Assembly: GCF_021028975.2 (NCBI RefSeq)
Contig: NC_059431.1
Location: 92,194,001 to 92,258,000 of the forward strand
DNA: 64,000 nucleotides
Reading direction: 5' to 3'
Source of the DNA: Sphaerodactylus townsendi
Lineage: Eukaryota
Every line of letters begins with the position of its first letter. Position 1 is the first letter of the stretch. Position numbers and translations under genes: made by a program. The notes below the pieces were generated by a model. The model saw only the letters and a list, made by a program, of their open reading frames with translations. It was not told the origin of the DNA and did no database searches. Below, one piece after another: positions 63,717-64,000 of this stretch.

Positions 63717-64000
63717 TTATCCTATTAAGTCTTGTTTGTAACTTTTCAGAAATTCTTGTGCTTTCTCCACACTATTAATAATAATTTTAGAGTCTTGAAA
63801 GGAGAAAGACAAACCCTCTACCAATTCCCATCGGAATATGATGTCATTTTTCCTCAGTACGTCTACCAAAAAATAATAGTCTTTTCTTTTTCTTAAGATG
63901 TAGTTTGGCACCTCTTTCAATATTGATAGTATATGGCCATTGTAGTCCAGTCGGTTTTGGAGTGATAATGTAAGATTTAAATTCATCGCGTAAGTTCTTT
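63717..64000 (-). CDS. L1 ORF1p C-terminal part (partial, continues beyond window)
   Basis: ILSILKEVPNYILRKRKDYYFLVDVLRKNDIIFRWELVEGLSFSFQDSKIIINSVEKAQEFL resembles the L1 ORF1 C-terminal domain; lies directly upstream of ORF2 on the same strand. Confidence 0.8.
   Translation of the reverse strand, partial: RTYAMNLNLTLSLQNRLDYNGHILSILKEVPNYILRKRKDYYFLVDVLRKNDIIFRWELVEGLSFSFQDSKIIINSVEKAQEFLKSYKQDLIG

Larger units (their letters stand above)
59342..64000 (-). mobile_element. L1-clade LINE, at least 4.6 kb (5' end lies beyond the window)
   Basis: ORF1 C-terminus, inter-ORF spacer, ORF2 EN-RT-CCHC, 3' UTR, AATAAA (TTTATT 59366-59371) and poly(A) tail (T11 at 59342-59352). Confidence 0.96.

Overview
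Vertebrate genomic DNA, not prokaryotic. The repeat inventory (Squam3-like tRNA SINEs, 5S-derived SINEs, L2, Penelope, L1, many hAT/Harbinger MITEs) points to a squamate reptile, probably a gecko; this is inferred from family recognition, not a database search. I found no credible host protein-coding exon, RNA gene or CRISPR array, so the window looks like a gene desert or a very large intron. The only real coding sequence is transposon-derived: (i) an L1-clade LINE on the minus strand (59342 to beyond 64000) whose ORF2 is broken almost only by small indels at homopolymers, (ii) a Ty3/Gypsy protease/RT remnant joined to an LTR end (32051-33420), (iii) L2 RT fragments and (iv) a short Tc2/pogo-like transposase tail. 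Also present: a Helitron-like non-autonomous element (22354-23283), four solo-LTR candidates, several nested insertions with readable target-site duplications (TSDs), a ~153-bp tandem array, long hairpins, and repeat-free blocks rich in homeodomain/FOX-type motifs that may be conserved enhancers. I cannot support a wholly new biological system here. The best leads are the probably intact L1, the Helitron with internal repeats, a hAT MITE family with two lengths explained by an internal terminal inverted repeat (TIR) copy, and the enhancer-like blocks. All family names come from manual pattern recognition and boundaries are approximate unless a TSD is quoted.
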